IMG/VR virus record: IMGVR_UViG_3300008624_000009
Location: 1 to 62,365 of that record
Length of the DNA stretch: 62,365 nt
DNA from: a virus
Lineage: Duplodnaviria; Caudoviricetes
Direction: 5' to 3' (one strand)
Shown: one piece after another, positions 27,114 to 37,665 of the stretch
Position numbering within the stretch: the stretch's first letter is position 1
How the letters are laid out: the number at the start of each line of letters is the position of its first letter
The notes under the pieces: generated by a model
Told to the model about the DNA's origin: nothing
Database searches by the model: none
What the model saw: only the letters and a program-made list of their open reading frames with translations
Program-made: the position numbers and the translations under genes

Positions 27114-28646
27114 ATGCCAGCAAAATTAGTACAGATAAGGCGAGGAACTACTCCCGAACATAGCGTATTCACCGGCAAACAAGGTGAGATCACAGTTGAT
27201 TTAGATAAGGACACTATTGTTGTCCATGATGGCAATCTTCAGGGCGGTTATCCTCTTGCAAAAGAAAATATGTCAAATGTTATTGGTAAGATTGGCATAC
27301 AGCATTTAAATCTTACCAGTACTAATGAAACTTCTGGACAAGTTTTAACGACTGATGGTAATGGTAATTTATTATTTGCAAATGATTCTACTGATGTAGC
27401 CGGTACTGCTATTGGTGGTGATTTAACTGGTACAGTTGGTAATGCACAAATAGTAGGAGATTCAGTTGGTATTAATGAATTAAATGTTATAGATGGTACA
27501 GCGGGACAAGCATTATTTACAGATGGTAGTGGTAATTTGAGTTTTAATAATGTTGTTACTGATCCAACATTAGGCGGAGCACTTTCTGGTTCAACATCAA
27601 ATGCAGTTATAAATCCCAATACTATTAATGGTACTCATATCTCTATGGGTTCTGATACTTCTGGTGATTTACTTTATTATAATGGTACAGATTATGTAAG
27701 ATTACCTAAAGGTACGGATGGAGATGTTTTAAAATTAGTATCTGGAAATCCTCAATGGGGTGAAGATTTAGGTACTGGTGGACAAGTATTTATAGAAGAT
27801 ACATTTATTGCTGATGGTACTGCAACAACCTTTTCTCCTTTATCACAGGCTGTTGCTTCTGTTGAAGGTATTATAGTTTTTATTGATGGTGTTTCTCAAC
27901 CAACATCTGCATATTCATTACCTACCGATACGAGTATTCAATTTAGTTCTGCTCCTGAGAACTCCTGTAATATTAGGATTCTGCATTTAGGAACACCTGT
28001 TCCTGTTGGCACAATCGCTGATAATTCTGTATTGACTAATAAAATTGCTAATAATGCTGTAACGAGTGATAAAATTCTTGATGGTGCTGTTACTGATGCT
28101 AAGATTACATCTGTTGATGCTAGTAAAGTTACTGGTTCATTACCAGCATCTCAACTTTCTGGTTCATTACCAGCAGGAATGGGCGGAGGCAAAGTTTTAC
28201 AGGTAGTTAATTTTGTTGATAATCAAAATTCTTCTACAACTAGTCAAACTTTTGTTGATACAACTTTGCAAGCAAGTATTCAACCATCCAGTTCTACCAG
28301 TAAAATTGCTATATTTTTAAGTTATTATTATAGTAGTCAATGGTATGCTAATAACACTAATGACCCTGGCCCGGTATTTCGTTTATTCAGAGATACTGCA
28401 CAACTATCACATGATATAACAGTTGGCCATGATAGTGGTGATTATAGTGCTGATGCAGGTCATGGATATTCATTTAATTTTTTGGATAGTCCAGATACTA
28501 CTGCTATGATATATTATTGTTTAAAATATAAAGCACAAGGTACTGCTGGCCCAGTATTTTATAATAGAGGTGCTCATTTAAACGCAACTCAACCTAGTGG
28601 TGGTACTGCTATTTCTTCTATAATGTTAGTAGAGATTGGAGCATAA
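27114..28646 (+). CDS. Mosaic fibre protein (Mtd-N-like, shaft, GDGS module, GGGKVLQV C-domain)
   Basis: Modules shared with 20612, 28656, 24750 and 31034. Confidence 0.75.
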   Translation: MPAKLVQIRRGTTPEHSVFTGKQGEITVDLDKDTIVVHDGNLQGGYPLAKENMSNVIGKIGIQHLNLTSTNETSGQVLTTDGNGNLLFANDSTDVAGTAIGGDLTGTVGNAQIVGDSVGINELNVIDGTAGQALFTDGSGNLSFNNVVTDPTLGGALSGSTSNAVINPNTINGTHISMGSDTSGDLLYYNGTDYVRLPKGTDGDVLKLVSGNPQWGEDLGTGGQVFIEDTFIADGTATTFSPLSQAVASVEGIIVFIDGVSQPTSAYSLPTDTSIQFSSAPENSCNIRILHLGTPVPVGTIADNSVLTNKIANNAVTSDKILDGAVTDAKITSVDASKVTGSLPASQLSGSLPAGMGGGKVLQVVNFVDNQNSSTTSQTFVDTTLQASIQPSSSTSKIAIFLSYYYSSQWYANNTNDPGPVFRLFRDTAQLSHDITVGHDSGDYSADAGHGYSFNFLDSPDTTAMIYYCLKYKAQGTAGPVFYNRGAHLNATQPSGGTAISSIMLVEIGA

Positions 28647-28655
28647 CCTAGAAAA

Positions 28656-29768
28656 ATGTCAATACAAAAAGTATCAACTTCTATAATAGATGATAATGCT
28701 GTAACTGGGCCGAAAATTGCTATGGGTTCAGATGTTTCTGGTGATATTGTATATTATGATGGAACAGATTACGTTAGATTACCTAAAGGCACAGATGGAG
28801 ATACCTTAACAGTAGTGAATGGATTACCTTCATGGGGTAGTGGTAATGGTGGTGCATCATCATCAGATTGGGGAACTGGACAGTTTCAAGGAACACAATT
28901 TGGTTTTTGTACTCATGGTAATCATCCACAGGCAAATAACATACAAAAATATTCTTATACTAGTGATATAAATGCTGTTAATGTAGCTGATTTAACATAC
29001 GCTTGTCAAGCATCATCTGGAGGCAGAAGTCAAGATTATGGTTATGCAGCTGGTGGTGAAATGCAAGGACATCCAAATACCGATATAATTGATAAATATT
29101 CATTTACTTCTGGACAGAACTCTGATGATATTGGCAATCTTACTGTACCACGAGCTATGTGGGGTGGACAAGGTGCATCATCAGGACTTGCTGTTTATTG
29201 GCATGGTGGTCATGATGATCCTAATTGGAAGGTTATAGATAAACGAGTAACCTCATCTGATGGTGATGCGACGAGTGTCGGTGATTTATTCTCAGGAAGA
29301 TATGGTGCTGCAGGCGCTTCATCTAATACACATGGTTATGCGATGGGCGGTTGTCAGAACAACACTAATTTTCATAATTTAATAGAGCGTTATGCTTTTG
29401 CATCTGATGGAAATTCAGTAGATACAAATCGTGATTTGTACGAAGCTGTAAATTTGCCATTTGCTAGTAATTCGACAACACATATTTATGTGTCAGGTGG
29501 AATGTTGACTGCTAATAGTGCTTATTCTGAGAATGTTACAAAATTTGCTATTGATTCAAGTACTAATGCAGCAGATATTGGTAATCTTTCTGCTGGTGTA
29601 TCAGGTAATGGAGCGGGAACATCATCTACTACGCATGGATATTGTCATGGTGGTTATCCAAGTTACAGACAACTAATAGAAAAAATTAATTTTAGTACTG
29701 ATGGCAACGCTACAGGTGTAGGCGATCTTGACCTCGGCGTATCAAATAGTTCTGGTTCACAACACTAA
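28656..29768 (+). CDS. Putative receptor-binding protein with type A propeller-like repeats
   Basis: About six ~45-aa repeats SS.THGY..GG...I.K.SF.SD.NA..VGDL. Confidence 0.7.
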   Translation: MSIQKVSTSIIDDNAVTGPKIAMGSDVSGDIVYYDGTDYVRLPKGTDGDTLTVVNGLPSWGSGNGGASSSDWGTGQFQGTQFGFCTHGNHPQANNIQKYSYTSDINAVNVADLTYACQASSGGRSQDYGYAAGGEMQGHPNTDIIDKYSFTSGQNSDDIGNLTVPRAMWGGQGASSGLAVYWHGGHDDPNWKVIDKRVTSSDGDATSVGDLFSGRYGAAGASSNTHGYAMGGCQNNTNFHNLIERYAFASDGNSVDTNRDLYEAVNLPFASNSTTHIYVSGGMLTANSAYSENVTKFAIDSSTNAADIGNLSAGVSGNGAGTSSTTHGYCHGGYPSYRQLIEKINFSTDGNATGVGDLDLGVSNSSGSQH

Positions 29769-29781
29769 ACTATCAAACAAA

Positions 29782-31020
29782 ATGGCGTTACAAAAACTAA
29801 CATCTGGTATAATTCAAGATAATGCTGTAACTGGGTCTAAAATCTCCGTAGCAACTCCTTCAGTTGGAGATATTTTATATTATAATGGAACAGAATATAC
29901 TAAATTAGCTATTGGTGCAGAGGGAGAAGTTTTACAATTAGATGATGGTTTACCTGTTTGGGAAGTTAGTGATGCTGTACAAAGTGGTGCTATTCCTGGC
30001 TTTCCTTTTCATGGAAATCATTGGTTCTATGGTGGAAATTTTGGTAGTGTTACTGGTAATACAATACTATATCATTCTTTTACATCCGATAATCATGCAA
30101 TCGTAGGACATAATGCAGCAGTAGGTTCTACTGCGATGCCCGATATTAATTCAGCTATGTCTATGAGTAGTGCTACAGAAGCAGTTGTTACTAGTGGGTA
30201 TAGGGGTAGTGGTATTCTTGATGTTACAGAAAAATTTGCATATGCATCAGCAACAACTGCGATGAATGGTGCAACTGATATTTCTCAATCTTTTGGAACT
30301 CTTGGTTCACCTCCTATTTTTGGATCAGGTGGATATTCTTGTGAATCAGGAACTCATGGTTATATTGGTGGTGGGCGCTCAGGGGAGCTTAGTTCTTTTG
30401 GATATGCAGACCCTAATGCTTATGTTAGGAAATTTGAATTTGCAACTGGAAATGTAACAGTTGGGATTGCGACTCTTGAAGATGTCAAGACAGGACATTT
30501 AGCAGTTTCAAGTCAAACAGATGGTTTTTGGTGTGCTGGACATTATGGCCATGCGAATAGTCAAAACCCATATTCAACAAGGTCTATTGATAAATTTACT
30601 TTTGCATCTGAAAATATGCAACATAATTGGGATAGTTTATCAGATGATCGTATGAATGGTGCAACTGGGTCTAGTAGTACCACACATGGTTATATGTATG
30701 GTGGACATATTTGTTGTTACCAGCCGGGTGAAGGTACAGCAATAACTACGATAGAAAAATTTTCTTTTGCATCATCAGGACAGAAAACTAATCATGGTGA
30801 TATTTCAACAACAGTAGGTAGGTCTGGCCCGACTGGTGGACAAACACAAACTCATGGTTATGAAATTGCTGGTTATGAGTATGGTACAGGACTACTGCTT
30901 ACGACTGTTGATGGATATTCTTTTTCCAGTAATACAACAGCAACACAAACTGCCGATATTGGAATAACCGTTGATAATGCAGCTTGTGGATGTCAAGCTC
31001 CAACATTTTCATTTTCTTAG
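29782..31020 (+). CDS. Putative receptor-binding protein with type A repeats
   Basis: Start moved to ATG 29782 (MALQKLTS), parallel to MSIQKVST of the previous gene; same repeats. Confidence 0.7.
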   Translation: MALQKLTSGIIQDNAVTGSKISVATPSVGDILYYNGTEYTKLAIGAEGEVLQLDDGLPVWEVSDAVQSGAIPGFPFHGNHWFYGGNFGSVTGNTILYHSFTSDNHAIVGHNAAVGSTAMPDINSAMSMSSATEAVVTSGYRGSGILDVTEKFAYASATTAMNGATDISQSFGTLGSPPIFGSGGYSCESGTHGYIGGGRSGELSSFGYADPNAYVRKFEFATGNVTVGIATLEDVKTGHLAVSSQTDGFWCAGHYGHANSQNPYSTRSIDKFTFASENMQHNWDSLSDDRMNGATGSSSTTHGYMYGGHICCYQPGEGTAITTIEKFSFASSGQKTNHGDISTTVGRSGPTGGQTQTHGYEIAGYEYGTGLLLTTVDGYSFSSNTTATQTADIGITVDNAACGCQAPTFSFS

Positions 31021-31033
31021 AAAGAATAAAATA

Positions 31034-32419
31034 ATGCCAATAATTAATGTAAATTTAATAGATACTTTTGACCAATGGAGAATTAAGACTAATAATATTA
31101 GTAATAATTTTGGTGATTTATCCCTTCTCACTACAACTGAAAATAGTAATGTTGTATCAGCAGTTAATGAACTTAAAGGTATTGTTGATGCTGCTTCTAA
31201 TAAAATTTCAGAGATAGTTCAAGATACTTCGCCAGAATTAGGGGCCGATTTAGATTTAAATTCTAAAAATATTATTGGTACTGGTAATATTAATATTACA
31301 GGAACGGTTACGGGTACAATTAATCTTGGTGGTGGATTAACTGGAACAGTTGATAATGCTCAGGTTGCAACGGATTCAATTACGACAAATAAACTTGCAG
31401 ATGATGCTGTCTCAACTAGTAAAATTTTTAATAATGCTGTTACAACAATAAAGATGGCTGATGATGCAGTAACGAGTGATAAAGTTTCTGATCTTGCTAT
31501 CACAACTGATAAACTTTCTGATGGTTCAGTAACAGCTACAAAGGTTGCAACCAATTCTATTGGTATTTCAGAACTTAATGTATCAGATGGAAGTAATGGA
31601 CAATATTTATCTACTGATGGTTCAGGTAATTTATCTTTTATTTCTGATACATCTAATTTAGCAAATACACCTGTTGGTGGTGATTTAACTGGTACAGTTA
31701 GTAATGCACAGATTGCTGACGATTCTGTAACAGATACAAAGATTGCTAATAATGCAGTAACAGATAATAATATTGCTGATGGTTCAGTAACACATCCTAA
31801 ACTTGCTACGGATTCAGTAGAAGAAGATAATATTAAGAATAATGCTGTAACAACAAATAAAATATTAGACGGAACTATTACAGATGCTAAAATTAGTACA
31901 TTAGATGCTAGTAAACTTATAGACGGAACTATTACAGATGCTAAAATTAGTACATTAGATGCTAGTAAACTTACTGGTTCATTACCTGCGGGAATGGGCG
32001 GAGGCAAAATTTTACAAGTATTGGGTGCTGCTAATACAACTCAAGTTAGCTCAACTTCAACCTCTTGGGTAGATGCTTCTAATACTTTAACGATTAATAT
32101 TACACCAGCATCAACGAATAGTAAGTTTTTTATTACAGTAAATGGTTCTTATTCACATGGCAGTGGATCTGGATTGGGATATATGGCTACGGTGTTTAGA
32201 GATTCTACAAACTTAGGTGATGCAGATTATGGATTTACTAGTTATTTAGTGATTAATAATTCACCGGCAAATAGAACATTTGCTTTTAATTATCTTGACA
32301 GCCCTAACACACTCTCACAAATTACTTATCAGGTGAAGTTTAAGGTTGATAGTGGAACAGGAACTCTAAGTCAAAACGGTGCAACAAGTCATATAACAGT
32401 AATGGAAATTAGTGAATAA
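31034..32419 (+). CDS. Fibre protein (DTFDQWRIKTN N-terminus, shaft repeats, GGGKILQV C-domain)
   Basis: Start moved to ATG 31034; many V/IT..KI.D repeats. Confidence 0.75.
   Translation: MPIINVNLIDTFDQWRIKTNNISNNFGDLSLLTTTENSNVVSAVNELKGIVDAASNKISEIVQDTSPELGADLDLNSKNIIGTGNINITGTVTGTINLGGGLTGTVDNAQVATDSITTNKLADDAVSTSKIFNNAVTTIKMADDAVTSDKVSDLAITTDKLSDGSVTATKVATNSIGISELNVSDGSNGQYLSTDGSGNLSFISDTSNLANTPVGGDLTGTVSNAQIADDSVTDTKIANNAVTDNNIADGSVTHPKLATDSVEEDNIKNNAVTTNKILDGTITDAKISTLDASKLIDGTITDAKISTLDASKLTGSLPAGMGGGKILQVLGAANTTQVSSTSTSWVDASNTLTINITPASTNSKFFITVNGSYSHGSGSGLGYMATVFRDSTNLGDADYGFTSYLVINNSPANRTFAFNYLDSPNTLSQITYQVKFKVDSGTGTLSQNGATSHITVMEISE
31866..31973 (+). repeat. Perfect in-frame 54-bp tandem duplication
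   Basis: TAGACGGAACTATTACAGATGCTAAAATTAGTACATTAGATGCTAGTAAACTTA occurs twice. Confidence 0.92.
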
Positions 32420-32446
32420 AAATAAAAATAAAACAAGGAGTAAATT

Positions 32447-32737
32447 ATGTATGATATATGTTCAGCGATATTAGCTATTAATCCTAATGCACAAGTATCT
32501 ATTGCTGATGAAGATTATGATAAAATCACTTGGCATGGAGATACAACACCTATTAGTAAGGAAGAAATCCAAGCTAAGCAAGAAGAACTAAAAAATAATT
32601 ATAATTCTAATCAGTATCAAAGAGATAGAAAACCTGAGTATGGTACATGGGAAGAGCAGTTGGATATGATGTTTCATAATATGGATGATTGGCGTGCTCA
32701 TGTTCAAGCAATAAAGGATAAATATCCAAAACCTTAA
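32447..32737 (+). CDS. Hypothetical protein, possible fibre assembly chaperone
   Basis: YQRDR..EY..WEEQLDM...IKDKYPKP; AAGGAG RBS. Confidence 0.65.
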   Translation: MYDICSAILAINPNAQVSIADEDYDKITWHGDTTPISKEEIQAKQEELKNNYNSNQYQRDRKPEYGTWEEQLDMMFHNMDDWRAHVQAIKDKYPKP

Positions 32738-32754
32738 AAAAAGGAAAATAACAA

Positions 32755-34029
32755 ATGGCTTTTACAAAAGTAAATGTTAGCATGATAAATAATCTACCAG
32801 AAGCAGATACGACTTCTTTGGAACAATCAATATCCACGCTTGGATTACATATGGCGGTTTCAGATAATAAAGCATCTTTTAATTTAACTGATTCATTTAT
32901 AGATCAATTTGAAGATACAAACGGTATTAGTTCAACTACTGATGTAACATTAGACGCAGAATCATATAAAACTATGATACCGTATAATTATCATGTTGCT
33001 GATTCAAATACTTCTATGTTAATACAAGCACGTGATGTTGCAAGTGGTTCCCAAGTATTTACTGATTATAGTGGTAATAACTTAGCTACTTCTCATATTG
33101 GAGGCCCTGCTTGGTCAAATGATAAATCTAAATTTGAGTCAAGTAGTACTTCATTAAAGTTGACGAATGGAAATATTCGTGTTGGTTTTCTAAGTGGAAA
33201 TAGTAGTGATTGGTCTAATTCTCATAGTGCTTTGCATCTTGATGGTGATTGGACAATGGAATATTGGGTTTGGGCTCCATCATCAAATATTTCTAGTAGT
33301 CGTATTATAAGTGTGCATCCAAATAATCAGGGCAGTAAACAAATAGCTATGCGTCCTGTTTCCAGTACTGGTGGTGGACAATGTTATGTTGATTATGGTT
33401 CAGGTGGATCATATGGTGGAGATATATCACCAGATCAAATTTCTGTTGATGATTGGGTTCATGTTGCTACAGTTAAAGAAAGTACTTATTGTCGCAATTA
33501 TATTAATGGACAACAAGTAAATTCATTTAATATTATTTCACCCTCTAGTCAATTTCCTAGAACTACTTGGGTAATAGGACAAGATGGTATGATGAATAGT
33601 GAAGCTGCTGCTAATCCAACTTATGTGGATGATATTAGAGTTTCAAACATCAATAGATACCCAAGTGGGACAAATTTTGCTGCTTCTTTACAAAGTGTTT
33701 CTAATGCAACTGGTTCGATTGAATCAATAGCATCAACTGCTGATGATACAGTATCATCTCTTTCTGGTGTAATTCTCTATGAAGATTCAGCTGGAACTGC
33801 TACATTAGGAACAGATTTAGTAATTTCTTTTTCTGCGGATAATGGATCAAATTGGACACCAGCATCTTCTTATGGTACTCCTGTTACTTTTGCTGGTTCA
33901 GTTAAGGTTGTTAAGATAGGAAAAACGACAATTTCTAATACGGGTACAGAAGTTAAAATAAAAGCAGAGTGGGCAAATCAAAGTACAAACAAGATTACTC
34001 AATTATCTGGTTGGGCAGTAAACTATTAA
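32755..34029 (+). CDS. Virion protein with LamG/ConA-like domain
   Basis: DWTMEYWV...WVHVATV...YING...YVDDIRVS. Confidence 0.75.
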   Translation: MAFTKVNVSMINNLPEADTTSLEQSISTLGLHMAVSDNKASFNLTDSFIDQFEDTNGISSTTDVTLDAESYKTMIPYNYHVADSNTSMLIQARDVASGSQVFTDYSGNNLATSHIGGPAWSNDKSKFESSSTSLKLTNGNIRVGFLSGNSSDWSNSHSALHLDGDWTMEYWVWAPSSNISSSRIISVHPNNQGSKQIAMRPVSSTGGGQCYVDYGSGGSYGGDISPDQISVDDWVHVATVKESTYCRNYINGQQVNSFNIISPSSQFPRTTWVIGQDGMMNSEAAANPTYVDDIRVSNINRYPSGTNFAASLQSVSNATGSIESIASTADDTVSSLSGVILYEDSAGTATLGTDLVISFSADNGSNWTPASSYGTPVTFAGSVKVVKIGKTTISNTGTEVKIKAEWANQSTNKITQLSGWAVNY

Positions 34030-34087
34030 AATCATAAAAAATCGTAAATATTTTTTTAAAAAATTATCATTTATACCTAACTAAAAT

Positions 34088-34095
34088 TATAAATA
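34088..34095 (+). promoter_or_regulatory. T4-type late promoter
   Basis: Intergenic TATAAATA. Confidence 0.75.
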
Positions 34096-34135
34096 ACAAG
34101 TATATAAAGATTTTCAAGAATCTAAAAGGTTTAAA

Positions 34136-37100
34136 ATGGCTCGTACAAGAATAAAAAGTTCTAACATAGAAAATAATTCAGTTAAGAACGAAGATATATC
34201 ATCCACAGAAGGTTTGGATGCTTCTAAGATTATTTCTGGTACTACATTACCCGCCGTAGATGCCTCCCAATTACTTAATACACTTGATTCTATATCTGAT
34301 AATTCCATTCCCTTTCAAAAATTAACAGATAGTTCCATTCCTCTATCAAAATTATCTACAACCAATGCTGGAACTACTGGGCAAGTATTAATTAGAGATG
34401 ATACTGGTGAAATTGAATTAGTTGATGCACATACTGTTATATCTGATAATTCCATTCCTCTAACAAAGTTATTTACAGCAAATTCTGGAACCGCAGGACA
34501 ATTACTCAAAAAAAATGCATCTGGTGAATTAGAGTTTGTTGACGACCAAGTTTCGGATGTTGGAGCATCAACAGTTGGTGGTGATCTTTCTGGTAGTGTT
34601 AATAACGCACAAATTAATGATAATGCTATTGGTATTTCAAAACTTAATGTTTCTGGTAGTGGTACTAATGGACAAGCTCTAGTAACAGATGGTAGTACTG
34701 GATTATCATGGGCTGATGTTACTTCTGATCCAACAATGGGTGGAGATTTAAGTGGAACTGCATCTAATGCTCAAATTAATAATGGAGTTATAGGTAACGC
34801 ACAAATTTCAGATGTTGATGCTAGTAAAATATCTGGTACATTACCTCACGGTGTTTCAAGTGGTGGTACTCTTGGTTCATTACATAAATCTTCATGGGCA
34901 GATGATAATACAGTAATTGTTAATCTTACAAATAGTGCTACTGGAATAGGAAATGCAGTTGTTAAAGTATATGAAGAATATCTTGATCCAGCAAAACAAA
35001 ATATAACTAATAATGACTGGGATCTTACTACCAACAATGATATTGGTGGAGAATTTCATTTAAATAATTTTACTCAAGGTGCTACTATTACCCCACAAGC
35101 TACAACAGGCACAGGGGTTCAGTTTATATTTACTGGGCCAGATGGTGCGAGTAATACATGGGAAACTCTTGGGTTTAGTGCTGGTTCATATACTAGTGGA
35201 GAATTTTATACAATTAAAAACAGTCAAGGTAATGGTGTAGCTAAAATTACAAGTACAAGTGGAAATATTGCAACTTGTGATATAATAGAAGATTTCCCTA
35301 ATACTAATCCTTTAATCCTGCCATTGGTAAGAAATTGTGAATTTACGGATGGTAAATTTCAATTATCAGGGAAAACTGATATTGATACATCACCACAAAT
35401 GCATGGTGGTAGTTTTGATATATCACCATCAAGTAATGACAATGATTCAAATCTTTATCATTCAGATATTATTGGAATAGATGATACCAGAGCTCTTACG
35501 TTATGGAATGGTACTGATGGTGGAAATCATGGTTCAAATGATTATGGTGTTGCAATAGTTAAAATGTTTGATGATCCGAGTACATTTAAAACGCTTGAGA
35601 CACCACATAATTCCAGTCCCAGCAATTTTGATGATTATAGTACAGATTGGTTAAAGGGTAATAGTATATTTGGTGTTACCGTACAGCAAGTAACTATTTG
35701 TAAATTATCTGAAGAAAGATTTATAATTGCTGGAGTATCAACTAATAATGCTACAACATTTAAATTAGCTTCTCTTACTATACCATCTGCTTCTACTCTA
35801 ACTCAGGAAGTCTCAGTACAAGGAAGCATTAGTGATATTGGCCCTCCTTCATCACACAATAATCAAAATGTTCGGGATGTTAGACTTGCTAGAATTTCTG
35901 ATACTAGATTTATGGCAGTTGCTTCGGTGCAATCTTCAGCTCATGGTAGTAATTGGGTTCCTTTTTATTCTATGCATGAGGTTGATGCTTCTGGTAATTT
36001 ATCTCAATTGGCTTATCACGAATTATTAGATGGTGATAATGGTACAGCTCAGGGGATAGGTTCACCAAATGAAGGAACACCTATTTTTCAAATATTTGGA
36101 GCAAATGATCCAACTCTAAATACCTTAACAGGGGTATATATTTTTTACGACAGTTATGGTGAAAATCCGAACTTTATTCAAACTAAAATTAATAGAAATA
36201 CTGGAAGTGGAAACGGCCCTCAATCTGTGTATCTATATTCGACAGTAGCTGGTGCTTTCAAAGATTCATTTGGAGATAGTAATGGATTAACTCGTATTGC
36301 TCAACCAAACAAACATTGTTTGATACCTTTTGAAAGATTAGATAATCAAGATCTTTATGGAGTTTATATGTGGGCAGATTCCACACATGGAATAGAAGCA
36401 GCTGTTTTGCGTATAGCTCCAGATGTAAGTGGAAATCTTAATAATCTTAATTCTTCTGCAAGGCCATTATGGTTTGGGGGAATACCAGTTAGTAATGGAA
36501 CTCCAAATTTTAGTGGTTATGGTGGTTCAGCAACAAATGTTACCTCAGAACAATGCACGACTTTATCTGGAACATTATATGCTACTGGTAGTTTTAGTAG
36601 TCCCGACACAATGCATGGTTTATATTCTTATAAACAGCCAGGAGTAAATCAACTCAAACAAGGTAAATTTGTTGGTGGTGATGATTTTAATACTCAGACT
36701 ACTTCCCACGGCCATGGTTCAAATTTAACTTTTACTTATTTAGCAAATATTAGTGGACATTCAACTACTGGTAATGTTGATAAAATGGCATCTACAACTT
36801 TAGGAGTACATGACCATACACACGGGCAAGAAGAAGATGTTTTACCAAACTGTTCACTCGTAACGTATAAACATGGTGATGATCATATTTATGCTAAAAT
36901 AGTAAGGCATTCCACAGAAGTAACGACTTATGTTAGTGCAGAATGGGCCACAACAATATCTGGTGTAGATACAATAGATACTACAAATTATGAACAGATA
37001 AATTCAATTACCCCAACACAAACAGGTGGTAATGATGATATTCTTTATGCATTTGCTACTGATATAGATCAAGATAGTGGTGGAGAAATCATGGGTGGAA

Positions 37101-37615
37101 CTTTTTGGGTACTTGATCCCACATATGGACTTAGAAACGTACTTACATCTAGGGCTTCCGTACATGGTGGAACAGATACAGAATGGTACTATAATAATGC
37201 TAGTGATGGAAGTGCAGCATGGGATGCAGCGTGGATCGGTTTGGAGTCTAATAATTATATTGGGCCAGGTTTTCAAACTGGTTTTAATATACAGGCGAAT
37301 AGTGCTTTTCGTGCAGCAATAAAAGCTAATTCTTCAAATGGAATGACTAAGACAGATCTAGATTTTCGTAATGCAGGAGGTTGGCAAGATTTTCCCACAG
37401 CAACTAACAAATTAGCTGTTGCTATTGGAATTAGAACTTATAATAGTAGTGTTACACCAACAGTAGATAAAGTAACTATTACTTATGGTTCTCCAGCAGT
37501 ACACAGGGATAAGACACACGAATATACAATCGACATAGTGGATGTAGATACTATTGAAGTAACTTCACCTAATAGTGGTGGGCCTCGTAATGCTAGGATA
37601 TATGTAACCTCATAA
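34136..37615 (+). CDS. Large fibre/spike protein, 1159 aa
   Basis: N-terminal shaft modules (DASKI, GGDLSG...AQI) then ~900 aa unique, S/T/N/G-rich. Confidence 0.7.
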   Translation: MARTRIKSSNIENNSVKNEDISSTEGLDASKIISGTTLPAVDASQLLNTLDSISDNSIPFQKLTDSSIPLSKLSTTNAGTTGQVLIRDDTGEIELVDAHTVISDNSIPLTKLFTANSGTAGQLLKKNASGELEFVDDQVSDVGASTVGGDLSGSVNNAQINDNAIGISKLNVSGSGTNGQALVTDGSTGLSWADVTSDPTMGGDLSGTASNAQINNGVIGNAQISDVDASKISGTLPHGVSSGGTLGSLHKSSWADDNTVIVNLTNSATGIGNAVVKVYEEYLDPAKQNITNNDWDLTTNNDIGGEFHLNNFTQGATITPQATTGTGVQFIFTGPDGASNTWETLGFSAGSYTSGEFYTIKNSQGNGVAKITSTSGNIATCDIIEDFPNTNPLILPLVRNCEFTDGKFQLSGKTDIDTSPQMHGGSFDISPSSNDNDSNLYHSDIIGIDDTRALTLWNGTDGGNHGSNDYGVAIVKMFDDPSTFKTLETPHNSSPSNFDDYSTDWLKGNSIFGVTVQQVTICKLSEERFIIAGVSTNNATTFKLASLTIPSASTLTQEVSVQGSISDIGPPSSHNNQNVRDVRLARISDTRFMAVASVQSSAHGSNWVPFYSMHEVDASGNLSQLAYHELLDGDNGTAQGIGSPNEGTPIFQIFGANDPTLNTLTGVYIFYDSYGENPNFIQTKINRNTGSGNGPQSVYLYSTVAGAFKDSFGDSNGLTRIAQPNKHCLIPFERLDNQDLYGVYMWADSTHGIEAAVLRIAPDVSGNLNNLNSSARPLWFGGIPVSNGTPNFSGYGGSATNVTSEQCTTLSGTLYATGSFSSPDTMHGLYSYKQPGVNQLKQGKFVGGDDFNTQTTSHGHGSNLTFTYLANISGHSTTGNVDKMASTTLGVHDHTHGQEEDVLPNCSLVTYKHGDDHIYAKIVRHSTEVTTYVSAEWATTISGVDTIDTTNYEQINSITPTQTGGNDDILYAFATDIDQDSGGEIMGGTFWVLDPTYGLRNVLTSRASVHGGTDTEWYYNNASDGSAAWDAAWIGLESNNYIGPGFQTGFNIQANSAFRAAIKANSSNGMTKTDLDFRNAGGWQDFPTATNKLAVAIGIRTYNSSVTPTVDKVTITYGSPAVHRDKTHEYTIDIVDVDTIEVTSPNSGGPRNARIYVTS

Positions 37616-37619
37616 AAAA

Positions 37620-37627
37620 TATAAATA
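37620..37627 (+). promoter_or_regulatory. T4-type late promoter heading the 7-gene array
   Basis: Intergenic TATAAATA. Confidence 0.75.
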
Positions 37628-37665
37628 ACAATAAAGATAAAAACATTCAAAAAAGGATATAGTCC

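Noticed and set aside
20612-28646. Diversity-generating retroelement suggested by Mtd-N-like domains and long repeats
   Set aside because: No reverse transcriptase or Avd in the window. The repeats are at 5' gene ends, both copies are coding, and the mismatches are not adenine-specific.
4446-31033. Longest-ORF starts at 4446, 4858, 29728 and 30971
   Set aside because: They overlap upstream genes; downstream ATGs have a better RBS or match paralog N-termini.
11484-31973. CRISPR array
   Set aside because: The tandem repeats here are in-frame coding repeats without unique spacers, and no cas genes are present.
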